NCBI RefSeq assembly: GCF_036321535.1
Contig: NC_087437.1
Span: forward strand, 3,968,001-4,032,000
DNA length: 64,000 bases
Source: Camelus dromedarius
Taxonomy: Eukaryota
Reading direction: 5' to 3'
The position numbers and the translations under genes were made by a program. Position 1 is the first letter of the stretch, and each line of letters starts with the position of its first letter. Below are positions 53,212-64,000 of the stretch, in pieces. The notes under the pieces were generated by a model, which saw nothing but the letters and a program-made list of their open reading frames with translations, did no database searches and was not told the DNA's origin.

Positions 53212-53305
53212 CTTTGAAGCTGCCGTGGGGGCTGCTGCGGATCCGGGGCGCCCAGCCTGCTGCACTTTGCTCTGATGTTTATCGGTGGGTATTTGTTGAT
53301 CGCGC
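53212..53305 (-). CDS. COL6A6: COL6A6 penultimate coding exon
   Basis: ctcccag|...AG|gtaccg, 94 nt. Encodes (R)AINKYPPINIRAKCSRLGAPDPQQPPRQLQ. Not in the ORF track in this frame. Confidence 0.92.
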
Positions 53306-54380
53306 CTGGGAGGAGAAAACACGTGTGAGCAGACCCTCAATCACAGCAGGGAACACTACAGCAACCCGCTCTGTATGCCAAGTGTCCCTTCGCCGCCTTC
53401 AGCATCCACCAAAGGAAGACACCAGCTAAGGGACTGAGAAGACTTCCCAGGGGAGCCTATGAAACTGGGTTCAGAAAATGCATCTCTGCCGAATTTACAG
53501 GTGGAGAATCCAACTTGCCCTTTAGTAAGATGCCCTTCGCTGCTGACACCCATCAAACATTAGAGGAGGCATCATGAGCCCATCCTAAGAGTCTAGCCTC
53601 TAACTGACATGAACCAAGCAGAACAGCTATTTTTTATCTGCTCCTTTGGAATATCAAAACGCAGAGGGGAAAGACATTCCCCTTCTGGTCTCTGTGTCAT
53701 TGACAGCAACTGTAACCACAGCGCCATCTTGGGTTTAATTCATTAGTGGCTCATTTCCTCTGAAGTATGATCATTTTTTCGTAGTAATAAAGCATGCCTC
53801 TTCCCCAAACCATTTAAAGGTCATTTTGTGATGGGAACCTTTTAAAAACTGCATGATTTATTTCCTGGCAGCATTAAGTTTAATTGTGTGTTAAACACGA
53901 TGAAATCTCTTCCTGGTGACCCAGTGTCGTGGTAAGTAGCGAGCCTGTCCTGGGCTGGGCCACCACCTCCGGGGCTGCTGCTGTGGACTGGGTGGGTGCT
54001 TCTCAACCGCACGGCCAGGACTGTGACGTTTCCTTGGTTGTGCATCTGATTTTTAGTTTTTTTTTTTTTTTTTATCTGTCTTAACTCTGGCCATCATGTT
54101 GTTTGTCAGTAGTCTTACTTAGAAAATGTGTTGATTCCAATGCAGACTGTGCCTGACAGCCAACTCTGTCACAGCGGGGTGGGCTCAGAGAGAGCTGGAA
54201 GAACCCCCAGGAGGGCAGAGACCACAACAGTGTGGGTCACCCCTTGATATCCCGCATCTGAGCAGGGAGTGGCTCAGGGCAGGTACCTCATACACATGTG
54301 GGAAAGTTGGGAGAGTGCATCTGGGGGCCTGCTACGGGATGCAGCAGGCTGGATTTACAGCTATAAAGATTAGAGATGTC

Positions 54381-54500
54381 TTATTTATTTATTTGGGGGG
54401 GGTTGCTTGTTTATTTTCTTATTTTAATGGAGGTACTGGGGATTGAACCCAGGAGCTCGTGCATGCTAAACACACACTACCCCTGAGCTACACCCTCCCC
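54381..54500 (-). mobile_element. tRNA-derived SINE (Vic-1-like)
   Basis: ggaggtactggggattgaacccagg...ctgagctacaccctcccc. Confidence 0.8.
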
Positions 54501-54964
54501 GCCACCAAGATTGGCAATTTCTTGATACTTAAGTTTCAGAAAAGTGGTGTATAACCATGTCATGGTCATAGTTTTTCAAAAGCACTTAATATGTCTCTCC
54601 CTTACCCCATCATTCCTCCTTAAATACCTCTTCCCCTTCCCCTGGGTGGTGGCGAGGGTGTCCTTTAATGCAGTTGGACTAATTACCATGGAACGCCACC
54701 ACGAATTTGGGGGGCTGGGAATGGAAACTCCATCTTAACTTCCTTTCAACTTTTTGCCTTATAAGGAGTGTTTCTTTAAAAGTTTCTGCATCTTTCTGGG
54801 TGTTCTTTTGTTTCACCCTTACAAACGCCTTGTGATCTCTTCCTCAGAAAGACCCCCAGCACCCCGTACTTTGTGCCTCATTTCTCGTGGCTCAGCTTCC
54901 TGGTCCCTATTACAGAACATGCCCATGCACATTTCATTCTAGGAACACACTGCTCGTGTATCTG

Positions 54965-55120
54965 GGTTTCTCAAACCATAATGTGCATGCGGATCCCCTG
55001 GGACTCCTGATAACATGCAGATTCTGGATCAGACTGCCTGGGGCAGGGCCTGAGATTCTGCATTCTTCATAAGCTCCTAGATGATGCTGGGAGGTGGGTC
55101 CTAGACTGACACCTGGGGGA
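54965..55120. mobile_element. MER5A-like hAT-Charlie element
   Basis: tttctcaaac...atgcagattctgg...ggggcagggcctgagattctgcatt...aagctcctagatgatgctg. Confidence 0.7.
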
Positions 55121-56061
55121 GCAGGGGACCAGGGGACACAGCAGCAGCCCCACTGACCACTTCCCCAGGCTCCCCAGACCTCACCGACCCCGGCCCGTCC
55201 ACGTCTTTGCCGCCTTAGCAGGTCTCACCGTGCAACGTCAGTGACAAGTTTGGGACGTGGTCAGAAGCTCCCTTCAGCTGCACTGCGTACTTCTTAGCCT
55301 GAGCGTTCACTTTTTTTTTTTTTTTATCTAACCCCCAAGAGTATGTTCACCATGAAAACAATCAGAAACCCAACCGTGGTTGTCAACCTCAGAGCCACAT
55401 CAGGACATGGTTTCTTTTAATCCATCCCATTCCATTTGAAACGAATCGCATACTTTCAAGGCAAGCTCACGCCAAGAAACAGCCTGCGTTTCTTTTTTAT
55501 GGGCACCTGTTACACTAATTACGGGGATCATACAAAGTCATTAACAAGGCTGAGAAATTTTGCAGGTGGGTATCTTTCACTGACCGGTAGAAGGGTGTCT
55601 CTTAAGACTTCAAATTCTGTCTTGGGACCTTGTAAAAGCAAAGCCCAGAACTGCTGAATTTTTCTTGGGCTCTCTTGGGGTGTGTTACATGGTCACACTT
55701 TCTATCAAAGGACAGCGGGATCATGTTCCACCGTGGGGGTTTCCACTCTAGCTCATGTCTAGGCTGTGACTTCCCACCCCTGGACTCTACTGCTCCCTGC
55801 AGACAGATGTGTGAGCAGCTGCTTGTTATGACTGCGTCTCCATAGGAACGAGAGGCATAAAAAAGATGAGCCAGAAAATGAAATGCTTAGAAATCAGAGG
55901 CTCCCTCCCTCCACCCTCCATCATTCCACATTTTCCTCTCTGACCCTGCGGTGCCCTTGGAGACAGAGGTTTCCAAGAACCACGTCAGCTCATGAACCCT
56001 TCTTTGGGGAATACCAAGTTATACTCTGAATGTGCGAGGAGGAACGGATTTTATGACTTAC

Positions 56062-56733
56062 GCCTGACAGAGCTCATAAAAGCCTTCAAAAACTTCACGC
56101 CATAACTGTGGTCAGGTTTGTGGATGCGGCCAAGCTGGACCAGATGGTGATCCAGAGGGAAGCTGGCTAGGTCCTCCAGTTCCTGGTCACTCCACGAAGG
56201 GCCCAGGGAGAACACAAAGAGAGCATAACCTTGACACTTGGCTCTCCAGGATTCTTTCCTCAAGGTTTCCCTGTCCAGGTGACTGGTTTCCCCCGCTGAT
56301 ATCACGAAAATGACTTTGTTTCTCCTCAGGTTGGGTGTCTTTAGGAAGACATTGTCCAGAGCCCACTGCAGGGCGTGGCCAAGGAAAGCATCTCCGTGGA
56401 GCTGCTGCACCGACTCGTCCACGTGCCTCTTCATGAGACGTTTACTCCTGTAGGTGGTGAGGTTGAACTCAGTCCTAACGGGACTCCCCTGAGCGCGGGC
56501 GAGGAAGCCAGGGGGAGCGTAGCTCAGGAGGGCCACCCGGTCTCCAGTGACAGAGGTCTCGGGCTCCGGGCTGACTTCAAAGTGATCCAACAGCGCGCCC
56601 AGGAAGCCCCTGATGTCTTCAAACTCCGCCCTCCCCACGTGCCGGGAGCTGTCCACCAGGAACGCAGCATCCACGTAAGCCTGCACGGGAGGTGGTCTGG
56701 CCTGATCGCAAGAAGCATCCGGGTTGCATATGT
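56062..56733 (-). CDS. COL6A6: COL6A6 coding exon, second C-terminal VWA domain
   Basis: ccacag|...C|gtaagt, 672 nt. Encodes (D)ICNPDASCDQARPPPVQAYVDAAFLVDSS...KVIFVISAGET...HLVQLGRIHKPDHSYGVKF (ORF 56051..56686). Confidence 0.96.
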
Positions 56734-56982
56734 CTGTGGAGCAAAAGTCACCGAGGGTTACTCACCAGGAATGGACAGAAGAGGAAGGGCAGCATCTCAG
56801 ATATTTCAGCACTGGGAAGCGCCTCATCTCTGATGTTCACAGAGCTTCTAAGTGACTCTGGGAGCAGCAACGGGAAGGTTTCCTAGTATGTGGATTACAT
56901 CTTTATCCAAACAGCACAGACTTTATATCCAGCCTGTGTCTTGAATCCCATTCATGACTGTTGTCTGACCTTTAATTTTTCA

Positions 56983-57081
56983 TTTTATTTATTTATTTTT
57001 TCAACGGAGGTACTGGGGACTGAACCCAGGACCTCGTGCGTGCCAAGCATGCACTCCACCACTGAGCTCTACCCTGCCCCC
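56983..57081 (-). mobile_element. tRNA-derived SINE (Vic-1-like)
   Basis: ggaggtactggggactgaacccaggacctcgtg...ccactgagctctaccctgcccc. Confidence 0.82.
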
Positions 57082-59506
57082 CAACTTTTTAAAATGAGGC
57101 TGTCTAACAGAAGTTTCATCTCGGCTGTGTTTTAAGTTTATAAAGAATGAAGTGGACAATTCATCTTGCGCTTGTACGAGTACACTACCATGATGTAAAA
57201 GCGAATGGCCTCTGACTTTAGTCTGAAAAGTCATCTGCTTAAGACTGAGTGAAGAAAAGCAAGGCGCCTTGTATTTCAATTCAAGTAAAGGTTTATAACG
57301 TGACGTCTGGCTCTGCGTAGACATTCAGGACAGAGCTACCACCCATGTTTGTATGTCTAAAGTGCCTGTTAGTCGAAAGCTCAATATGTGCTTGTTAAAT
57401 AAACACACACAAACGCTGCAGGCTAATGGGCTTTCATAACGCGCGAGGTCATTTTAATAAACATGCACATCTCCTTTACGAAAAGGGTGGTCATAAAAAC
57501 AGAGAATGGATTTCATTGGCTCTGACCACAATGAATATTCAGAGGAAGAAAAAGAAATCGGAAATAAAAAGGATCTTAGAGGTCACCTACTCTTCTAATT
57601 TTACTGAGGCCAGGAGGGTGAAGTCACTTTGCCAAAGATACACCAGTGTTTCAAGTGTCTGCCTATCAGGGCCATATTGTCAGAGACGAGGCCGTGTGGG
57701 ACCGCAGCCGGGCGGTCGCAGGGCCTGAGAGCCATGATGTCTGGGTTCTGGTCTCGCTGTCCCCAGAGACAAGCCTGCGGGGTGGGCCTGTCCAAGCCAC
57801 CGCTGGGCCTCAATTCTGCACAGCGAGGTGACTGCATGAGACTCGCCCCGAGAGCCCTTCCAGGGCTGACATCCTGCAATCCTGGCTTTTCAGCCACAGC
57901 CGACACTGAAGGAGGAGAATGTCCTCTTTAAAAGCCAAAGAGAAGAAAGAGAAACCAAAAACACGAGTGTGGACAACTTAGATGTGGATCTGGGACGTGA
58001 ATAAAAACTTTGAGATGTAAGGGTCATCCCGAGGATGCAGCCCCCAGGGTGTGCGGCCAGCTGCAGAACTTCAGTCCCGCTCATGGACTTGGTGAGGACA
58101 CGGCTCCCAACAAGTCACGGTTCCCCTCTCGACATTCAGCAAGATCTGACGACCACGCTTCACGTTTGTCAGGGGACAGCATGGTCACCTGTGTGCGAGA
58201 GGCTTTCCAAAACCGGGCACCGCACGCCGCCCACTGGCTCAATTTTTGCGGGGTTTCTTAGCTGCAGGAAATGACAGCCAAAATAGCTTCCCTTAAAAGC
58301 CTTAGAGACAAAGCAAGAGTTTCAGCCAAGAAGCAGAGCCAAGATCTATCCCCAGACACACATGTGCGCCCTCTGACCGTGCAGCATACCAGCGCGCTGC
58401 GGTCACTGAGTGACCGCGCAGCTGAGCGCTCAAGGTGGGCCAGGTCCGCCCAGGGGACGCTCGGCCCCTTAACGGCGGTGCGCAAAGTGCCAGCACCTGA
58501 CAGGCCCTGTGCAACCCGGGGGCAGCGGGGAAGGGAGGGACCCATCAGAGGGAAGCAGAGGGGAAGACGGAAAGGAGAGGGCTCCTAGAAGACCTCCCGC
58601 GTCTCCCTCAGAGTCGCACCTCCCTGCGAGGTCGCCTCTGCGGCACGGAGCTCCAGGGATCCATCAGGGCCACTCATGAACTGCAAGTGTTTTAAAGCCA
58701 GCTTTCTTGGGTGTGACCTGGCTGTAAGCAAACTATTTCATCTCCCCTGTAAAAAGGAGCTAATAACCATTCAGATGTTTTAGAGCGATTATAAGGATTG
58801 AATCAAACAATGAGAAGAGTCCTTAGAACACAGTGAACACAGCAGCTTAAGTATTAACTGTCCTCATTACCACCGTCAGCGGTCAGAGCGGTGCATGGCT
58901 AATGATGAGTGTCTGATAACTGTTAGCCGTCACACCCACCAGCAATCTTTGTAATTATTAGAGCAAAAAGACACAGAAGGTTCAAACCTGTCTTTGTAAT
59001 TATTAGAGCACTCCAATTATTATTAATTGTCCAGTTATATTTAGTCTCCTATTTGGTCTGGCCAGTTCTCCAGCTGTGGTGTTTTAGACGCAGTCTAAAA
59101 CACCACAGACAAACCAGCACTGCGACTCTTCTTGATGCGTGACACGTGGGAGTCCGTGAAGCCTCCTTCCAACGAGCAATGCACGAATCTCTGCTAATTT
59201 CCATTTCTCCTGCAAAGCATTTCTTTGGCTGGTGAACGCTAGAGATTTTGAAAATTCATAAATATACTTTACAGCATGAAAAGCTTGGCAATGGGACAGG
59301 CTGAAGTTTTTCTGAAAATGATGACGGTTTCCTGGCGGCGGCACTAGTGTCCCCACTCCATCTGGGGGCGGGGCAGCGCAGAGCCCCAGGGGAGGTGCTC
59401 CCGTGGCTCTGGGCATCCCTGCTGCCAAGTTCCAGCCGCTCCTGCCAGCGGTGACTCACTGCGCTTGAGGGGCCAGATCAGGGTACATCCTGTCTGTGGG
59501 TCTTAC

Positions 59507-59603
59507 CGTAGCAGAAAGTGCACCGCTGCAGGCCCTCCAGCGCTGGCGTGTAATCCGCTCCGGACGGAACCATGATGACCTGGAATGTGCCAGTGTCCTC
59601 GAT
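59507..59603 (-). CDS. COL6A6: COL6A6 coding exon (end of first C-terminal VWA domain)
   Basis: ttgcag|...G|gtaaga, 97 nt. Encodes IEDTGTFQVIMVPSGADYTPALEGLQRCTFCY. Confidence 0.94.
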
Positions 59604-62411
59604 CTGCAAGGAGGGGAAGCAGGAGGAAGAGCTGCCTGGTGGGGTGGCAGGACCCTCCCAGGATGGACTGGAGAGCGCGATGGGGCCCCTGCTAAGGGGG
59701 TCCAGGGAGGAAGCACAATGGGGTGGGGTGGGGAGGGGATGGGTGCTGAGACCACTGCCTGGGTTTAAGCTGACTCCCCCTGCAGCTGGATGACAGGTTC
59801 CTCCTTTGCCTCGGCTTCTTCCCTCACTTGTGAAACGGAGTCATCACAATCCCTACGAAGACCACTGGGGGCGCTACATCAGTTCCTAACGGAAAAGAAC
59901 TTTTCTGGCGCCTGGTGGGTGCCTCGCGAGTGGTGACAGACACCAAGCACTTCCACACCCATCGTCGCAAAGCCCAGGGAGCTCGTTCTTCTCACGTCGT
60001 CCCTGTTTTATAGATGGGAAACAAGCTCCAAGGAAGGTCAAAGGAAGATCAGACGACATGACACGGAAGCCGTTTAAAGAAGAGGACCCGAGACGCCCCC
60101 TCCCCACCAAGTCCCAGAGCAGCAGGAGAAATCAGACGCACAACCCGTTTGCTCAGACACATAGGGAAGCGAGCCTGTGTCGGCTGCTGAGACCTGCCCC
60201 ACATGTCCACACTGGCTCCAAATTTCATTTGGATTCTGCCAAACTCTCAGATGATTTGAGATGTCAAAGGCATGATGATGATGCATCGAACTAGGGTTTT
60301 GTGATATAGCCTCCAAATAAGAATTCATCGCGTCACTAAAATTGACTTCTGTTCTTAATAAAAAACAAGTTTAGGTGTAGGTAAGCACAAGGGAAGAGAA
60401 TGATGGAAGAAAAAGAGGGAAAATGGAGAAGTGGCAACATGATCTCTTTTGAAATGTCAGGTACTGGCTTCTCACCAGCTTGCACGGAGCCCTTCTGGAC
60501 AGCCCTGCACAGCTGCGCCCTCGAGTGGACAAGGTTTCTGGTTTTCTACTTTACCCTGTCTCCCCCAGAGACTAGGGCGCACCTGGTCTACACAAGCTGC
60601 TCACTCACCATCTGCTGGATGGATGCACCTTGGAACCAAGTCTGACTTCTGAAGGTCACTGTCAAGAATCTGAACCTTCGCTGGGGCTCTTTTAAGATAA
60701 ACTCCTTCAAGAAAGGAGCAGAGTCCCTAGGTGATTTGGATAGAATCTCTAAGAGGGACTGTTAACCCTCCACAGTTTAAAAAGACAAACCTCACAAAAC
60801 GTTTTCTTAAGTTCTATGCTAGGCACAGAGCTTTGAGGGGATGGGTGGAATTGCATCTGTTTGAATTTATATCACAAGTACCACCAACCATTTGCATCAG
60901 GATATTAAGAGTTGTCTCCTGTTTTGTGACTAAATAAAGGCCAGGGGCCATGGGGGCTCCCAGTAAACCGGGAATGAAGAGGACTCCGTGCGCACCCAGA
61001 TCCATCCACTTCCGAGCTGCTGCCTCCGTGTAACCTGGCCCCAGTCTTCTCAGTTATGTGCTTTTTCTTTCATGAGCCTCGTACATCAGCCTGTTCAGCT
61101 GCATAATTCTGAGTTAGTTCAAAGATGCTAACAGTGGGTTCAGCTCCTTTACAAGCCAGACTTTAATACTGTTCAACAGATTTTCATTTTGCATCAAGCA
61201 ACTGATAACAGTCATATTTAAAGCAAAAGCTAGCATCCTGGCGTGCTCACCAGAAGCTCCAAGGGCCTGGGGCGTGGAGTGACATCATTTCACCTTCACC
61301 ACCAGCCCCAGGAGACAAGCTCTGCTCTCCGTACTTTACAGAGGAGTACCACCTTTCAGTCTGGTCTGCTCATTTTTAACAATTTCACAGAAAATTAGGG
61401 AGCTGGAAAGGGCCCCAGAAGGCTGCTTCCTCATAGCTGCCAGTCTCCAAGAGGGACAGAAGTCAACAGGTGAGTGACCTCTCACAAAAAGGTGGCATCT
61501 TGACCACCTACCTTGAGCCATCTGGCCTATGACAATATAAGTCAATCCTGCCTTCGGGAAGTTCTTAGTTAAGTCTAACCTGGGGTTTGCCCTGCTGTTT
61601 CCCTAATAAGAGGTTTCTCTGACTTGGAGTTCAGCTGGTAATAATCTTCCACACACTTGAAGACAGTGACTCACTTTCTCTACATGAAATAACATTCAAA
61701 TGCTTGTCCTGCTGGTTCAAGGTGCATTCTTCCAACACCCTTGGTGGCTGCTTGGGACCCCTCCCCAGGCTCTCCCCACGAACGGAGAACAAGACAGCAT
61801 ACTGGGTGGACACGGAACTTTGCCGGGTCCAGCGGGCCTTCTGTGTGGACCCCCTGCCATAGGGTGTTTTCAAGGTCATTGTGATCCTGGGCGGTTGATT
61901 TAGAAATGCTACACAGTAAGATTTTAAGCTGCAACTTAAGAAGCTGTAGCTGGCATGACTCTTCCTTTATAAAATGTGGACATCGACATGATCGGTGAAG
62001 TTATCCAATCAGTCCGTTGGTTAACACCTACGGCAATGACCGCCACCCTGGCCGTGTCAGTGACATCCGGGAACATTTACTGGCCGTTATTAAGTATTTT
62101 TACACTCAGAGGCAACTCAGAAAGGCCCTCAGAGGAGCGCTAGAATAGCAAGCCTGGGTTCAAGCCCTGATGTTGCCACTTCTAATCTGTGAACCCGGGC
62201 ATGTAGGTCAGGTTCTCCAGGCTCGGTTTTCTCATCCAGCCAACGGGAGTAACAATTATTCCCGTCTCATGCAGACTGCTTGTGAGCATGGAACAGGATA
62301 ATGCGTTTAGAGGGCTTGGCATCTTCCCGGTTGGTAGCAATAAATGCTTAGTACAGTTCTAAACATCGGCAAAAGGAGAAGCAAGTCCTATGACAGGGTT
62401 CCCCTTCTTAC

Positions 62412-62905
62412 CGCGAACGAGCGCCGGACGGAGGGCACGTTGGTGAAGGCGATCACCACTGGGATGATGTCCAGGGCGCTGAACTCCAAGGTGGCCGTGG
62501 TGATGGTCTGGGGGTCGGCGGACGGGCCTCCGCTGAAGAAGGTGGCGACCCGGCGGGTGTGCGCGCCCGGGAGCGCGCGCTTGAACACGTGCCTGGAGAC
62601 GAACCTCATGGCCTGGCCGACCTCCCGGCCGGCTGAGGACCGCTCGTAAGGAAGGGCCTGGATTTCCCGGAGGAGTCGGTCCTTCCCGTAGGCGTCCGAG
62701 AAGCGGATGAGGTGCCTGGCGTGGGAGTCGTAGGCGAGGACGGCCACGCGCGCGCCTGCGGGGCAGCTGTGCTCCCGGACCCGGAGGCCCCGCACCACGG
62801 AGGACATCATCTCCTTCATCCGCGCAAACTCCGGCTCCGTGACGCCCCGGGACTGGTCCAGCGCGAACACCAGCTCGGTGGGATGCACGGGGCACTCGGG
62901 TTTCC
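62412..62905 (-). CDS. COL6A6: COL6A6 coding exon, first C-terminal VWA domain
   Basis: cgtag|...GCG|gtaaga, 494 nt. Encodes (G)KPECPVHPTELVFALDQSRGVTEPEFARMKE...VPSVRRSFA, a collagen VI C1-type domain. Adjacency to PIK3R4 and the tail sequence favour COL6A6 over COL6A5. Confidence 0.95.
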
Positions 62906-63141
62906 CTACGAGGCAAGGGCACCTTTACCCGGAGCGCACTCGCTTAACACAGACGAAAGGTACCTGCTTGGGAGGCCGAGTACCTCTAGACGTGCAGTAT
63001 TAAAATAACTGAACGTTAAATCATGAGATACTAATCACTTAAATAGTAGAACAAACACTTAAAATATTAAGTGTGGAAACCTTGAATAATTACAGATGCT
63101 ATCAGAGAAACTGTGTGCTTTTAAAATGAAACACAAGAGGC

Positions 63142-63256
63142 GGTGGCAGGGTACAGCTCAGCCGCAGAGCACATGCTCATTAGCACGCACAAGGTCCTGG
63201 GTTCAGTCCCCAGTACCTCCATTAAATAAATGGTAATAATTTAAAAAGAAAAAACA
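63142..63256 (+). mobile_element. tRNA-derived SINE (Vic-1-like) with 15-bp TSD
   Basis: TSD AAAATGAA(A/G)CACAAG at 63123-63137 and 63257-63271; B box gggttcagtccc. Confidence 0.85.
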
Positions 63257-64000
63257 AAAATGAAGCACAAGGGAAAGTCTCTAATCCGATTTGCGTTTTA
63301 ATGCAATTTGTAAGTTCATTACCAAACTCCTTCTAAATAATAAAGAGTTCAGGGGTATGCCCGTTTGCCTCCAGAGATTAGACCAATGGTACTGTGTTTG
63401 TTGCTGAAACTTCTCTCTGTTAAATACACTTCACGATACTTTTTTTTTTTTTTTAATTTAATGAGGAAACGTAACAGGGTTTACAAAGGGATGGCGGTCC
63501 AAGCCCTGCTGATAATCTCAGGCAGACTGGGAGAGGACTGACAGCCTGTAAGAACCACCATTAGATGCAGAGAGTGGGCACCGCAGGGACGTGTTTAAGC
63601 CCTGGCCCAACTACTCACTGGCTGTGTGACCTGGCCCCTGTGACTTACCCTCTCTGAGCCTCAGTGTGCTCATCTCTTTATTGGCCGTCCTAACCTCACC
63701 CCCTGCCTGTGTTGAGGATGGAGTGAATCAGCACAGGGAAAGTTCTTAGGACAGCAGTGCCTGGCACGTAGCAGGTGCTCAATCAACATAACCATTACTG
63801 TTATAATTATCATTACAGACTTACTCACTGAGAGAACTACGACTTAAAAGAATGCAGAAAGCTTTAACTGATACATTTTTACTTAACAGTTAGAAATGCA
63901 GGTTTAACCAATAAATATACCTTACGACTTAGAGAAACTCTGAAGTATGATGATTAAACTCGTATGTAAGTGTTACAATGTATTCATTGCTCCCAGTGCA

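Noticed and set aside
56375..56833. 152-aa plus-strand ORF
   Set aside because: Antisense shadow of the GC-rich COL6A6 VWA exon, with no recognisable protein features.
62906..64000. Upstream COL6A6 micro-exon or triple-helix exons
   Set aside because: I found no Gly-X-Y coding segment or convincing AG/GT-bounded micro-exon; they probably lie beyond the window.

Overview
This is mammalian genomic DNA, not prokaryotic, so the ORF track is mostly noise plus exon fragments. It is probably from a camelid, inferred from a tRNA-derived SINE resembling camelid Vic-1 and the absence of Alu, Bov-tA or PRE-1-like SINEs. Two spliced genes meet tail-to-tail. (1) PIK3R4/VPS15 is on the + strand: 13 coding exons from 1234 to the TGA at 38689-38691, all GT-AG and in consistent phase, about 698 C-terminal codons (end of the HEAT region, linker, WD40 propeller), with AATAAA at 38980. 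(2) COL6A6 is on the - strand: its last five coding exons run from 62905 down to the TAA at 42101 and encode two C-terminal VWA domains plus the unique tail. The introns are filled with nested L1s, SINEs, MIR/L2, LTR fragments and MER DNA transposons. I found no convincing undescribed multi-gene system. The best leads are a competing 5' splice site in PIK3R4 that would give an NMD-escaping alternative C-terminus, a probable L1 3' transduction carrying a MER8 element, an LTR fragment with poly-A/TSD hallmarks, a target site hit twice by L1, a possibly extended COL6A6 C-terminus, and a steep GC3 shift within PIK3R4. Gene and repeat names come from recalled sequences, not database searches. Repeat boundaries are approximate.
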